Of a DNA stretch of 64,000 nt, positions 22,640 through 35,052 are shown one piece after another. Source of the DNA: Squalus acanthias (Eukaryota); contig CM059431.1 in assembly GCA_030390025.1 (NCBI GenBank), positions 137,642,001-137,706,000 of the forward strand, in the 5' to 3' direction. Made by a program: the position numbers and the translations under genes. The notes under the pieces were generated by a model, which was given only the letters and a program-made list of their open reading frames with translations, made no database searches and was not told the DNA's origin. The first letter of the stretch is position 1; every line of letters starts with the position of its first letter.

Positions 22640-23482
22640 TAGAAAACAGGAGAAGGTCATTTAGCCCCTCGAGCCTGTTCTGCTATTCATTGAGATCATG
22701 GTTGAACTATGACCGAGCTCAATATAACAGCCTTTGCCCCCAAAATTCTTTTAGTTAATAAAAATTCATCAACTTCAGATTTTAAATTAACAATTGACCT
22801 AGCATCAACTGCCGTTTGTGGAAGAGAGTTCCAAATGTCTACCACCCTTTGCATATAGAAGTGATCGCCAACCATCGGAAATGTTTTTCTCTATCTACCC
22901 TACCAGTTCACTTTAATATTTTGAAAACTTCGTTGAAATCACCTCATAACCTTCCAAATTCCAGACATCCAGCCTTAGTTTGTGTAATCTCTCCTCGTAA
23001 TATAACCCTTGGAGTCTATGTATAATTCTGGTAAATCTACGCTGCACTCCCACCAAGGCCAACATATCCTTCCTAAGGTGTGGCGGCCAGGACTGAACAC
23101 AGTATTCCAGGTATGGTTTAAACAGGGCGTTGTATAGCTGTAGCAAAACTTCTACCTCTTATAATCTAGTCAGCTAGATATAAATCCCAGCATTCCGTTA
23201 ACCTTTTTGATTATTTTCTGTACCTGTCCATGATATTTTAATGATCTATGTACACGGACCCGTAAGTTTCTTTGGACCTCCACTGTTTCTATCTTTTCAC
23301 CATTTAGAAAGTCCTCTGATGTTTCCTTTTTAGGTCCAAAGTCGATGACTTCACATTTGCCTACGTTAAAATCCATGTGCCACAGTTTTGTCCAGTCATT
23401 TAATCTATTAATATCTCTTTGAAATATTATATTTCCATCTACATTGCTTACAATGTCGCCTATATCGGCAAACTTGGACATC
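22640..23482 (-). mobile_element. Decayed CR1 3' fragment
   Basis: ORFs 23170-23481 (SKFAD...DINRL..W) and 22913-23146 (LYNALFKPYLEYCVQ). Confidence 0.85.
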
Positions 23483-23489
23483 TGGTTTG

Positions 23490-24335
23490 GATATGCAGCT
23501 TGTTAAGAAGAAGGAAACCCATGGAATGAAGTGGAAAGTGGCGTATGGCTACGGAATTGACTCAGTGATAGGAAGCAAATGGTGATAGTGGATGTATGTT
23601 TTTTCAGACTGGGAGGTAGTTTGCCGTGTTGTTCCCCAAGGGTCATTTTGGGTCTATTACTCTTTTAATTTGTTTTTATAAACAACCTAGGGAGCGGCAT
23701 TACAAAATGTGCAGATGACACAACACTTGGAAAAGTAGTAGATAATGATGAGGATGGTTATAGGCTTCAGGATGACATAGCAAGGATGGTGCGATGGGAA
23801 GAAGCATGGCAGAGAAGTGCGGAGAAGTGTTAGTGATGCACTTTGGGAGGATTAAAATGGAAAGACAGTGTGCTATAAATGGCACAATGTTGAAACGTTT
23901 AAATGATCAGAGGAACCTAGATGTCCAGACAACAAATCCTTACAGGTGGCAGGGCAAGTTTATAAGTTGGTAAAAAAAAACAGCTGGTTTACTTGGGTTT
24001 TAATTAGAGGAATAGGATATAAAAGAGAAGAGATCAGTTAGAACTTTATAAACCACTGGTTAGGCCTCAGCTGGAGTATTGTTGACAATTCTGAGCACCA
24101 CATTCAGGAAAGATGTAAAGGCCTTAGAAAGGGAACAGAGGAGGTTTACCAGGATGTTACCAGGGATGAGGGACTTCAGTTAGGAGGAGTGGTTGGAAAA
24201 GTTAGGACTGTTCTCCTTGGAACAGAGAACTTAAGAGGAGGCCTAATAGAGGTTTTCAGGATGATGTGAGGTTTGATAGAGTAGACAGAGAAAAACTATT
24301 CCCTCTGGCGAGTGGGTCAAGAACTCGAGATATTG
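23490..24335 (+). mobile_element. Decayed CR1 RT fragment
   Basis: Manual reading gives VPQGS, CADDT, YKPLVRPQLEYC, LEREQRRFTRMLPGMRDFS*EE with multiple lesions. Confidence 0.8.
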
Positions 24336-25274
24336 GCTACCAGTGAATCCCCAGTCAATTTGCCGTATCAAAGGCCGAGTTTTATGCCAGATGCTAAACT
24401 TCTCCCAATAGCGTGTTAGACTCTCACCTCGGCAAAATCATCGACTGAAGAGATTCTCAGTAAATATCCTCACATTTCCAATCATTGTTGAAGCTTCCCG
24501 TTTCCAGTCTTCGACACTGGGGGTCTTGGTCACAACAGATCGTCTCTATGAATCTAGCGATCTTTCTCCAGTTAGTGTCGTGATGATCCGACTTCTCTCT
24601 CTCCACCTTCCTGGGATACTGCTTACGCAAATAATTTTTTTAGATATATTTTTTATATAAACATGATTCATCTTTATTAAAAAATATGTCACAGGAAAAC
24701 AATAGGACTATTTTTCTGACTATTAATATATATAATATGAAAATATTTACAATTTGTTTGAATTACTTACTTTAATATTAAATTGTTCTTTTCTTTCCTT
24801 GGCCCTATATATAGGGACTGTACTCACTCAATGTCACAAAGCAGCCGGAGCTCCGCCCCTTCGATGTGTTCCAAGGTCACATGACCGTGCTCTGCTCCTG
24901 GTGCGCAGTCTCACTGGGCATGAGCGCAGTTTGTACAATCAGTCCTGTCTCCGATGCCGCCCCCATTTACTGAGACTCGAGACAGGGAGTACCGGCTCGC
25001 TAAATTACCCCTTACACATTCTCCCTCGCATCATCCAAATCGTCCCCATGTCCACCACCTGTTTATAAATTTTAAAGTACCCCTTCTCTATATATCAGGC
25101 AAAGTGTCTCCCTCCAGCTTTGGCAGTGACAGGCACACTGAGGTGATATTGCTGAGATGAGACGAGGATCTGACAACCACCTCTCTCTACTAAAAACAGT
25201 TTATTAGCTTTAACAAGAAGGAGCGTCAGAGGCAATAAGTGGAGGGATCATCAGTGGTATCAAATGGCTGAATC

Positions 25275-25680
25275 ATCAGGTTAGGAACAGCATGGGTAAG
25301 ATATAGAGAAAAATTCCCTCAACACTGTACCATCAAACACTCCCAGGTACGGCATGGGTTAGATACAGGGCAAAGCTCCATCTACACCGTGCAATCAAAA
25401 CATCCATGGGCAGGTACAGCACGGGTTAGATACAGAGTAAAGCTCAATCTACAGTCTCCCATCACGCACTCCAATGGCAGGTACAGGACGGGCTTGATAC
25501 AGAGTAAAGCTCACTCTACACTTTCCCATCAACCACTCCCAGGGCAGGTACAGGACGGGTTAGATACAGAGTAAAGCTCCCTCTAAACTGTCCCATCAAA
25601 CAGTCCCAGGGCAGATACAGCACGGGCTAGATACAGAGTAAATCTCACTGTAATATATTTCATCAAACACAGTGAACTCA
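25275..25680. repeat. ~67-bp minisatellite (second array at ~27090-27450)
   Basis: Unit like CCCATCAAACACTCCCAGGGCAGGTACAGCACGGGTTAGATACAGAGTAAAGCTCCCTCTACACTGT; period 67 (25561 vs 25628). Confidence 0.85.
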
Positions 25681-26607
25681 GATACAGCATCTGGCCAATG
25701 CAGCGTACAGCTCCTCTGACACTACGCAATGGAGCACACCATCTCACGAACAGCATGGTATGAATACAGGAGAGAAATCCCTGTACATGTAAGTATCAAG
25801 CACTCCCAAAGGGAGGTTAGGACTAGCTTTACATGCAAGTGAATCTCCAGTCAAATTGCCGCATCAAATGCCGAGCCTTTTGCCAGAAATTAAACGGCAT
25901 CCAACAGCGTGTTAGACTCTCACCTTGAAAAAATCCTGTACTGATGGGATTGATTCCCACTGGAGCTCATCCCCTTTCCAATCATTCTTGATACTTCCTG
26001 ATTAAACCCGTCTTGTTCAATGAGAGTATTGGTCCCATCAGATCTGCTCTGTCAAACCAGCGACCTTTCTCGAGTCGCAGTTATTGTGGTGCTGATTCGA
26101 CATTGCTCTCTCCACCTTCCTGAGATAATGCTTACTCCGAGAATCATTTAACATCAAAATGCCTCGTTAATTCTGGAATCTATGACTCAAATGACAAAGG
26201 GACAAATTTTGCGACTATCAATATATTTAATTTGAATATATTTATCATTAATGACATTTGGTTGAATTACTTACTTTAATATTAATTTGTTCTTATATTT
26301 CCTTACCCCTATTTATAGGGTCTGAACTCACTCACAATATCTGCTGCCAACTCCAGCTCCGCCCACAGTAACACACCACTGATGGGGCTTAACCAGGGCC
26401 GAAACCTGTCTCCAGGTGACATCACAAAGGAGCGAGGAGCCAATCACACAGCAGCCAGTAACAATGTCACAAAGCAGCCGGAACTCCGCCCAGTCGAGGT
26501 GTCACGGGGTCACATGACCATGCTCTGCTCCAGGTGCACATTCTCACTGCGGATGGACCCATGTTGTACATTCAGTCCTGTCTCCGACCCGGTTCTCAGG
26601 TACCGCA

Positions 26608-26720
26608 GAGTACCTTCACCACAGGGACTGCAGCGATTCACCACCACCTTCTCAAGGGCCATTAGGGATGGGCAATAATGCTGGCCTTGCCAGCGACGCC
26701 CACATCCCATGAACGGAAAA
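26608..26720 (+). mobile_element. Short 3'-end copy of the LINE family at 18455-19632
   Basis: CACCACCTTCTCAAGGGCCATTAGGGATGGGCAATAATGCTGGCCTTGCCAGCGACGCCCACATC matches the reverse complement of ~18467-18545. Confidence 0.75.
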
Positions 26721-28206
26721 ATAATAGTCATGGAGAACAACCTCGCAAAATTGCCCCTTGCCAATTCTCTCTCCCATCCTCCAATTATAGGGACCCACTG
26801 ATCAATGGCCCAAAAGTACACCTTTTGGTTTATACAAACTAAAGCTTCCCTCACATAATATCAGGCAATTTGTCTCCTCCTGCCTTGGCAGTGAACGACA
26901 GTTTGTGTTAATGGTGTTTGGATGATGATATAACAAACACCTCGGTGTTCTAAAACCAGTCTATTCCCTGTAACAGGAAGGGGTCGCAGAGCCACATTGA
27001 AGGGATCATTAGGGCTATTAATGGGTGGGGCAATTGGTGCCATAATTGGACTGGAAATCATTGGCAATAAAACTTAGAACTTCTTCTATATTGTACCATC
27101 AAACACTCCCAGGTCAGGTACATCATGGGTTAGGTACAGTGTAAAGCATATTTAAACTACCCATCAAACACACTCAGATCAGGTTCAGCACGGGTTAGCT
27201 TCTATGTGAAGCTCCCTCTACACGATTCCATCAACCGTACCCAGGTTAGGTACAGAAATAGTTAATTACAGAGTAAAGGTCCCTCTACAAAGTCGCATCA
27301 TACACCCCCAGGGCAAGTACAGCACGGGTTAGAAACAGAGTAAAATTCCCTCAACATTGGCCCGTCAAAACCTCCGAGGGCAAGTAGACAGGCGTTAGAT
27401 ACAGTGTACATCTCACTGTATTATCATTCAGCAAACAAAGTGAACTCAGATACAGCATGTGGCCAATGCAGCTTACAGCTCATCTGACACTACCCAATGA
27501 AGCTCACCATCTCACGTACAGCATGTTATGAATACAGGACAGAAATCACTGTACATGTAAGCATCTCACACTCCCAGGTGAGGTATGGACGAGCTTCACA
27601 TCCCATTAAATCCCCAGTCAAATTACCCCATCAAAGGCCAGGCCTTTTGCCAGAAAATAAACGGCATACAATTGCTTTTTATACACTGACTTGAAATAAT
27701 CCTGTAAAAATGGGATTCACAGCATTTCCAATCATTGATGAAACTTCCTGTTTTATCCCGTCTTGTCCAATGGGAGTGTTGGTCCCACCAGATCTGCTCT
27801 GTGAAACCAGAGACATTTCTCCAGTCCCAGTTAGTGTGTTGCTGATTGGATTCTGCTCTCTCCACCCTCCTGAGAAAAGGGGCACTCCAAGAATCTTTTA
27901 AAATAAAAGAATTCATATTAATTCCAGAATATGTTAGTCGAAAGGAATTGGACTAATTTTGCGAGTGTGAATAATTTCAACCTATTTACAATTAATTACA
28001 TTTGCGTGAAGGACTCTTTTTGCGGACTGAACTCACTCACAATGTATGCTGCCAGCTCCAGCTCCGCCCACAATAATATCCCACTGATGCTGTTTAACCA
28101 GGGCTGAAAACCTGTCTCCAGGTGACGTTACAAATGAGCCAGGAGCCAATCACAGAGCAGCCAAGACAAATGTCACACAGCAGTCGGACCCCCTCCCACT
28201 CGAGGT

Positions 28207-29295
28207 TTTGCAATTTAGTATACTGTATTCGCTGCTCAGGATGTGGTCTCCTGACAGGACTGGACAGACTAGATGCAAGAAGGATGTTCCCGATGGTCGG
28301 GAGTCCAGAACCAGGGGTCACATCTAAGGATAAGGGGTAAGCCATTTAGGACATAAATGAGGAGGAATTTCTTCACCCAGAATGTGGTGAACCTGTGAAA
28401 TTCTCTACCACAGAAGGCAGTAGAGGCCAATTCATTAAATATATTGAAGAAGGATTTGGATATATTTCTTAAGGCTAAAGGGATCAAGGGATATGGGGAG
28501 AAAGCAGTGACAGGGTTCTGAATTTGGATAATCAGCCATGATCGGATTCAATGGTGTAGCAGGCTAGAGTGGCCGAATGTCCTGCTCCTGCCTATCTTCT
28601 ATGTTTCTATGTTTCTCCTCTACACAGGCGAGACCAAATGCAGATTGGGTGACCGCTTTGTGGAACACCTCCGTTCAGTCTGTAAGTGTGAGCCCGAGCT
28701 TCCGGTCACCTATCAATTTAATTCTCCGCTCCACTCCCACTCTGATCTCATTATCCTCGGCTTCTTACACTGTCCCAACGAAGCTCAACGTAAGCTCGAG
28801 GAACAGCACCTCATCTTTCGATTCGGCACTTTACAGCCTTCTGATCTCAACATAGAGTTCAACAGTTTCAGACCATAACCTCGGCCCATATTTTTTTTCT
28901 TTTTCCTTTTTTCTCTCTCACATGATAGCTGTTGACGATTCAGCCAGTGCTATTTACACCTCATATAGAGTCATCTTTTGCTTCTTAACTTGTCTCATTA
29001 CCATCTCCTCTTACCTTGCACCATCATCCCTTTTCTCTTTTAATCTCTCCTGCCTTCCATCCTATCACTGACCTTCCCTTTTGTTCTTTCCTCCACTACT
29101 CTCTTTCCCTGCCCCGACACTTGCTTAAAAATCTGTTATATCTACAACTTTTTCCTGTTCGGACGAAGTGTCATTGACCTGAATCGTTAACACTGCTTCA
29201 CTCTCTGCAGATGCTGCCTGACCTGCTGAGTGTTTCCAGCATTTTCTGTTTATATTTCAGATTTCCAGCATCCGCAGTGTTTTGCTTTTGTATCA
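28207..29295 (+). mobile_element. Penelope-like element fragment (GIY-YIG domain to pLTR), interrupted by CR1
   Basis: CNLVYCIRCSGCGLL | YTGETKCRLGDRFVEHLRSV...GTLQPSDLNIEFNSFRP* (stop at 28878), then a degenerate hammerhead at ~29157-29191 and the pLTR tail. Confidence 0.88.
28253..28613 (+). mobile_element. CR1 3' fragment nested in the PLE endonuclease ORF
   Basis: TGLDRLDARRMFPMVG...FFTQNVVNL and a (TATGTTTC)n tail; TCTCCT repeated at 28247-28252 and 28614-28619. Confidence 0.88.
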
Positions 29296-30005
29296 GAATA
29301 GTGGAAGAATCCGCTCCCCACCCGAGGGAGGTCATTGGTGTGAGACCCCGGTAGCAGCCAAGCTTGCACCGCCTGGAGACCCAAGTGCACGGATGACCTG
29401 TTGTAGATTCAGGACATTTTATAAACTCATTTAGAATCAACTTAAATGGACTTCGAGACTGATCGCTATTGACTGTATAATAACGGCTGATTCCAGTTCT
29501 ATCGCTGCAGACTGCTTCGGTGGTTTATTATTTTAGTGAAATTGCAGAATTCTGGCATTTGAAATGCTTTCCGACCGTTTACATTGTGATTATTTTGCAA
29601 AAGTTGTTCAATGTTGAGTTGGAATCAGTTCAGCGGAGATACAAAGAAAGATCTGAGCTCGCTGCCTGAATCCAGCCCCGGGCTGACCCTGCTCGTTTGG
29701 TTCCAGACTGAAGGAGCGCTCCAGTGATGCGATTAGCATTGAGCGCACAAACTGTGTGCTTTGTATTGGGAGTTAGTGAGAGTTAGTCAGCGCTTGCACA
29801 ATAACTTGATATAGGAAAGTTGTTAGCTTTAATTTCACTGTAAAGTGACTCAGCAGGACTGCAATACTTGTGTTCACGGTGATTGGACGAACTATCGATG
29901 ACCAAATTGATTGTAAATACAGCAGAAGATTGTGAATTTGTTTTTCTAACGAGATGCTTTGCAATTAGTGTTTCACACTATTCTCAGTACAATAGAAATG
30001 CTGCC

Positions 30006-30457
30006 TGGAGGAGTCCGTGTTCCATGTTTATGTAGAATGTGAGAGGTTGCAGTTCCTCTTCCATTATTTGAAGGGGCTGTTCCTCGATTTTTGGCTGCAC
30101 TTCAGTCCCAAGCTCCTGGTCGCCCGATGCGGAGGGCATCGGGCGGGTCGGGGGACCTCCTCGTAGGACTGCTCCTGGGCCTGGCCAAAGTGGCCATCAA
30201 CTGGTCCAGGCAACGGCAGGTCGTTTGGCCCGACCGCCTGCCTCTCTTCCGTGGCCAGGTTCGCGCTCGGGTGGCCCTGGAGATGGAGCACGCGGTGTCC
30301 GCCGGCACGCCCGAGGCCTCCCGCGACCGGTGGGCACCGGAGGGACTGGAGTGCATCATTACCCCCGGCAACAGGATTTTAATTTAAGTTGTTAATCTTC
30401 GTTTAATGTATTTTGTTAAGTTACAGTTTATTTGTTTATTGTCTCCACCAAAAGAGC
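30006..30457 (+). mobile_element. 5'-truncated Tx1/L1-clade element, 3' end
   Basis: LEESVFHVYVECERL...LLLGLAKVAINWSR...FRGQVRARVALE, homologous to 41668-42063. 18-bp TSD TACAATAGAAATGCTGCC at 29988-30005 and 30458-30475. Confidence 0.9.
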
Positions 30458-31930
30458 TACAATAGAAATGCTGCCCTTGTCTGATTCGTTATTTGCACCA
30501 AATAGGCACGGTCTCTAAATTGTCAGAAAGCTTGTCCGACATCCAGTCCTGGCTGAACAGAAATTTCCTCCAACCAACTATTGATCTAATTAAACTGGTA
30601 CTTGGACTTATTTCATACATCAGCATTTTTTCTATTTCCATCAAACTCACAATTTATTAGTCCCTCTGTTTACAACTTCCTGTTTTGACGCTCACTAAAG
30701 GACTAACAATGTTTTATACATCCTACAAGTAATGTGGCTGAACTTCAGAAAGAGATTCCCAGCCTTAAATTCAAAGTTAATTTACAGGATTAAAATAAAT
30801 CATTTATAGAGGTAATAGAAAAACTATTTCCCTTTTTTTTAGATGCATTATATTGTTTGTTATGCTGTTCATTTTTGAGTTGAAAGGACAGAATTGATCA
30901 CTGAAATCTCACAGATGTTCACTTTATTTAAATTTCTCATTCAACTTCCCAAGTAATTAAAATGAAACTCGGTCGACCTGAAAAAGGCTCCTCCCCCTAA
31001 ACCTGCACAATGTAGATCTGCTATTAATAAATCAGCTTCAATCCGTCTAATCGTCTGTGTGCTGGGTTCTTTGCTCTAAAACGCTTTATTCATCACACAG
31101 AAACCTCACAGGATGAATGAGATTATTGTCCTCTGTATCTGCATCAAATCAATTCAAACCGCTCTGCAGTCAGCTACTTTTAAGCGAGGAGTCTGTTTGA
31201 CACATTTTCTCCACCAATATTCAGGAACCTTTTTTATTGCAAGTGATAGATATTTTCTCAGTGTATTTTTTTCCTAAAATTACTTCGTAGCATTGTTAAG
31301 AAAACATGTAAGGGAGGACTAATCATTTTCCAATCAAAATTGATTGTGCAGATTGTAAACGGCGCTATCCCATGTTTGTCTTGGTATCAGGAAATGCAAA
31401 GTGGTGATTTTTCCACTGCAGATCTTCTTTTACGATGTGAAACAGGCTCCTTCACTTGCTTTCACCGACCAGAAGAAACAAGTCAGTAATTGCTGGGTAT
31501 TGGCGGGTGAACAGCCCAACTCTGCGCCAACAATTGGTTTTTCACAGGCGGTGCGGAGGATCTGTCAAGGCAAGATCGCAAGATCAGGATTTAGCGCATG
31601 CGCGGAAACCCCGAACTTGTATCATAATTCAAAGGGGTATGAAGACGTAGTCTCAGAGTTCACCGTCATACCCACTCAATGTCCGGAACAATGTAAAAGG
31701 GCATTCAGCATCAGCAACCAATGCAATGTCCCTCGAATAAAAATCTCTCTGGTTGCTTTGTAACAGTTACTGCTAAATTATTGGTGATGCTAATGCCTCT
31801 AATTTGTTGCACGGTTAATTTTGAAGTGCAATAATTTCTCATTGCGTCCAAGAGAAATGTATGTTTACAGTCTGACTGTAATCAGATTAAACAGCATGTG
31901 GCCGAGTTTCTCCAGCATTTTCTGTTTTAT

Positions 31931-33253
31931 ACCAGTAAATTAATCATAGGCTCACCACCAGTAATGTTAAAATAGGGTCACCATCAGTAATGTTAGAGTA
32001 GGGTCACCATCAGTAATGTTAGACTCGGTTAACCACCAGTAATGTTCGACCAGGTTCACCAACAGTAATGTTAGAGTAGTTTCAACACCAGTAACGATAG
32101 AGTAGGGTCACCACCAATAATGTTCGAATAGTATCACCATCAGTTATTCTAAAATAGTTTAAACACCAGTACTGCTTGAGTAGAGACACAACCAGTAATG
32201 TTAGAGTAGGTTCACCACCAATAAAGTTACCGTAGAGTCACCAGCAGTAATGTAATCATCGTGTCACAATCAGTAATGTTAGAGTAGCATCACCACCAGT
32301 AATGTTACAGTAGGATCACCATCAGTAATGCTAGACTAGGTTCACCACCAGTAATGTTTGACCAGTGTCACCAACAGTAATGTTAGAATAGTTTCAACAG
32401 CAGTGACAATAGAGTAGGCTCATCACCCGTTATGTTAGAGCAAGGTAAACACCAATAATTTTAGAGTAGTTCACCAGGGTCACCACCAGTAATGTTGGAG
32501 TAGAGTCACCACCATTAATGTTGGAGTGGATTCACCACCAATAATGTAAGCGTAGGGTCACCAAGAGCAATTATACAGAAGGGTTACAATCAGTTATGTC
32601 AGAGTCGGGTAACCAAAGGTAATGTTAAATTACGGTCACCACCAGTAATGTTGGAGAATGGTCACCATCAGTACTGTTAAATTAGTTTCACGAGGAGAAA
32701 CTTTAGAGTAACGTCACCAACAGTAACGTTATAGTACGATCAACACCAGTACGGTTAGAATTGGGACATCACGATTAATTTTAGAGTAGGTTCACCATTT
32801 GTAATGTAGGAGTAGGATCACTACTATCAATGTTAGTCTAGTGTCATGACAGGTACACTGAGAGTATGATCAACTTAATTAATGTTAGCGTATGGTCAGC
32901 ACATGTAATGTTAGAGTAGGGTCACCACCATTAATGTAAGAGTGGTGTTATCACTAATAATGTTAGAGTATGGTCCTCATCAGTAATGTTACAGTCGAGA
33001 CAGCACCAGTTATGTTAGAGGAGTGTCACCAGCAGTAATGTAATCACCGTGTCAAAGTCAGTAATGTTAGAGTAGAGTCACCACCAGTAATGTTACAGTA
33101 GGATCACCATCAGTAATGCTAGACTAGGTTCACCATCAGTAATGTTCGACCAGGGTCACCAACAGTAATGTTAAAGTAGTTTCACCACCAGTAATGTTAG
33201 AGTAGGGTCTCCACCAGTAATGTTAGAGTAGGGTCACCACCAGTAATGTTGGA
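31931..33253. repeat. 26-bp satellite, diverged left edge of the array
   Basis: Consensus CACCACCAGTAATGTTAGAGTAG(G/A)GT, period 26. Confidence 0.95.
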
Positions 33254-34942
33254 ACATAAGAACATAAGAAATAGGAGCAGGAGTAGGCCAGTTGGCCCCT
33301 CGAGCCTGCTCCACCATTCAATAAGATCATGGCTGATCTGATCCTAACCGCCAATCTACTATCACAGACCCATCTCCTGAACCTAACAGAATTGGACACA
33401 CGAAATAGGAGCAGGATCAGGCTACAAGGCCCCTGGGCCCGCTACGCTACCCACAGGGCCATGACCGATCCGAACCTAGACCCATGTCCAAATTCCTGCC
33501 CGCTCCCCGTAACCCTTAATTCCCTTTACTTCTAGGAAACTGTCTATTTCTGTTTTAAATGTATGTAATGATGTAGCTTCTACAGCTTTTTGAGGCAGCA
33601 TATTCCATGGACCTACCACCCTCTGAATTAAGTAGTTCCTTCGCATCTCAGTTTTGAAAGAGAAGCCCCTTATTCTAAGACTATGCCCCCTAGTTCTAGT
33701 TTCACCCATCATCGGGAAAATCCTCCCCGCATCCACACGATCCAACCACTTCACAATCTTTTATGTTTCAATAAGATCGCCTCTCATTCTTCTGAACTCC
33801 AATGAGTAGAGTCCCAATCTACCCAACCTCTCCTCATATGTCCATTCCCTCATCCCGGGATTAACCGAGTGAACCTTCTTTGTACTGACTCGAGAGCAAG
33901 TATGTCTTTTCTTAAGCATGGACACCAAAACTGTATGCAGTATTCCAGGTGCGGTCTCACAAATACCTTGTACAACTGAAGCAATACCTCCTTATTTTTA
34001 TATTCTATCCCCTTAGCAATGAAAGCCAACATTCCATTGGCCTTCTTAATCACTTGCTGCACCTGAATCCTAACCTTTTGAGTTTCGTGCACCAGGACCC
34101 CCAGATCCCTTTGTACTTCAGTACTTTCCAGTTTCTTGCCATTTAGATAATGGCCCAGAAATTGATCTCGCTCTGTTCCCGCGGGGGTAAGCCTTCCCCG
34201 CGCTTTCTCACCTCGCTTATGCTTTTTCAGATCCAGCTCGCACGAACTTGATGTTCCAGACATCAGCTGTGCTGGGCTTGCGTATCCCAGCGGCGTAGTT
34301 AATTCGTGCGAGCTGTGGGATCACGTGACTCAGTTAGAGCCAATGGCAGCACACCATCTTCCATTCATAAGTCTCACAGCATGGATGTGAAATCTATGAA
34401 TCTTACACCCCCCCAAAATAACAGCTAAACCTCAATTAAATTTAAAAAAAAACCCATCACATTAATAAAATAAGTATAGTTAATTAAATTAACCATTTTA
34501 AATAAAAAATTAAATTTTTGAAAAAGTTTAAAATCTTTTAAAAAGTTATAAAAATAAACTTACCTGTCTTTAAAGTATCTAAAAAAGATATACCTGTAAA
34601 AAAAAATTCAAAAAAATACTTAATTCACTACTTACCTTCTTAAAAGCGGGTCTTACTCCTCCTTTTTACATTTCCAAAATCTTCCCTACTTACCTGCGCG
34701 TCCACAGCATGAAGTGCACAGCGTGCGCGCAGCCTGTAGCGCGCACGCGATGCACCCAGGCCCCGCCCCCTTTTCAGAAGAGCAATTGCCGGTTTTCAGC
34801 GCATGCGCAGGGCATGCAGAAAACCGGCAATTGGAGTGGGAATACGCGAGAGTACGCAGTGCGTACTCTCGCGTCCCGGGATCAATTTTCGGCCCAATAA
34901 CTTGCTCTACTATTTTTCCTGCCAAAGTGCATAACCTCACAC
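33254..34942 (-). mobile_element. 5'-truncated CR1 inserted antisense in the satellite, interrupted by a MITE
   Basis: (AACATAAG)n tail at 33254; ORFs 33476-33754 and 33850-34263; TSD TGTTGGA at 33247-33253 and 34943-34949. Confidence 0.92.
34152..34895. mobile_element. MITE / non-autonomous DNA transposon, PIF/Harbinger-like
   Basis: Imperfect TIRs GGCCCAGAAATTGATCTCG / GGGCCGAAAATTGATCCCG (15/19). 3-bp TSD AAT at 34149-34151 and 34896-34898, and the CR1 sequence rejoins exactly when the insert is removed. AT-rich core; no transposase ORF. Confidence 0.8.
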
Positions 34943-35052
34943 TGTTGGAGTAGGAGCACCGCCATTAAAGTTATCATAGAGTTACCACTAGTACTGAGTG
35001 CAAGTCAGCAGAGAGTGCTTCAGAAGTAGCCCGTGGTCAGGGACAGGAAGGT

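Larger units (their letters stand above)
24341..28190. repeat. Three diverged copies of a ~1.5-1.8-kb unit (starts ~24341, ~25839, ~27607)
   Basis: Shared start AATC(C/T)CCAGTCAA(A/T)TT..C.(C/T)ATCAAA.GCC and collinear downstream blocks. The third copy is cut by a PLE insertion. Confidence 0.85.

Noticed and set aside
30006..30457. Shared sequence-specific target for the two Tx1 insertions
   Set aside because: The TSDs (TACAATAGAAATGCTGCC vs TTGGTTTAATCA) and flanks show no evident similarity and match no snRNA, tRNA or microsatellite target I recognise.
31401..31763. 120-aa ORF and GCGCATGCGC-containing segment
   Set aside because: No recognisable domain or splice structure. It may be an old DNA-transposon fragment, but I could not define termini.
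33850..34263. 137-aa ORF with a novel N-terminus fused to RT
   Set aside because: Chance read-through from the MITE into the CR1 fragment at 34151.
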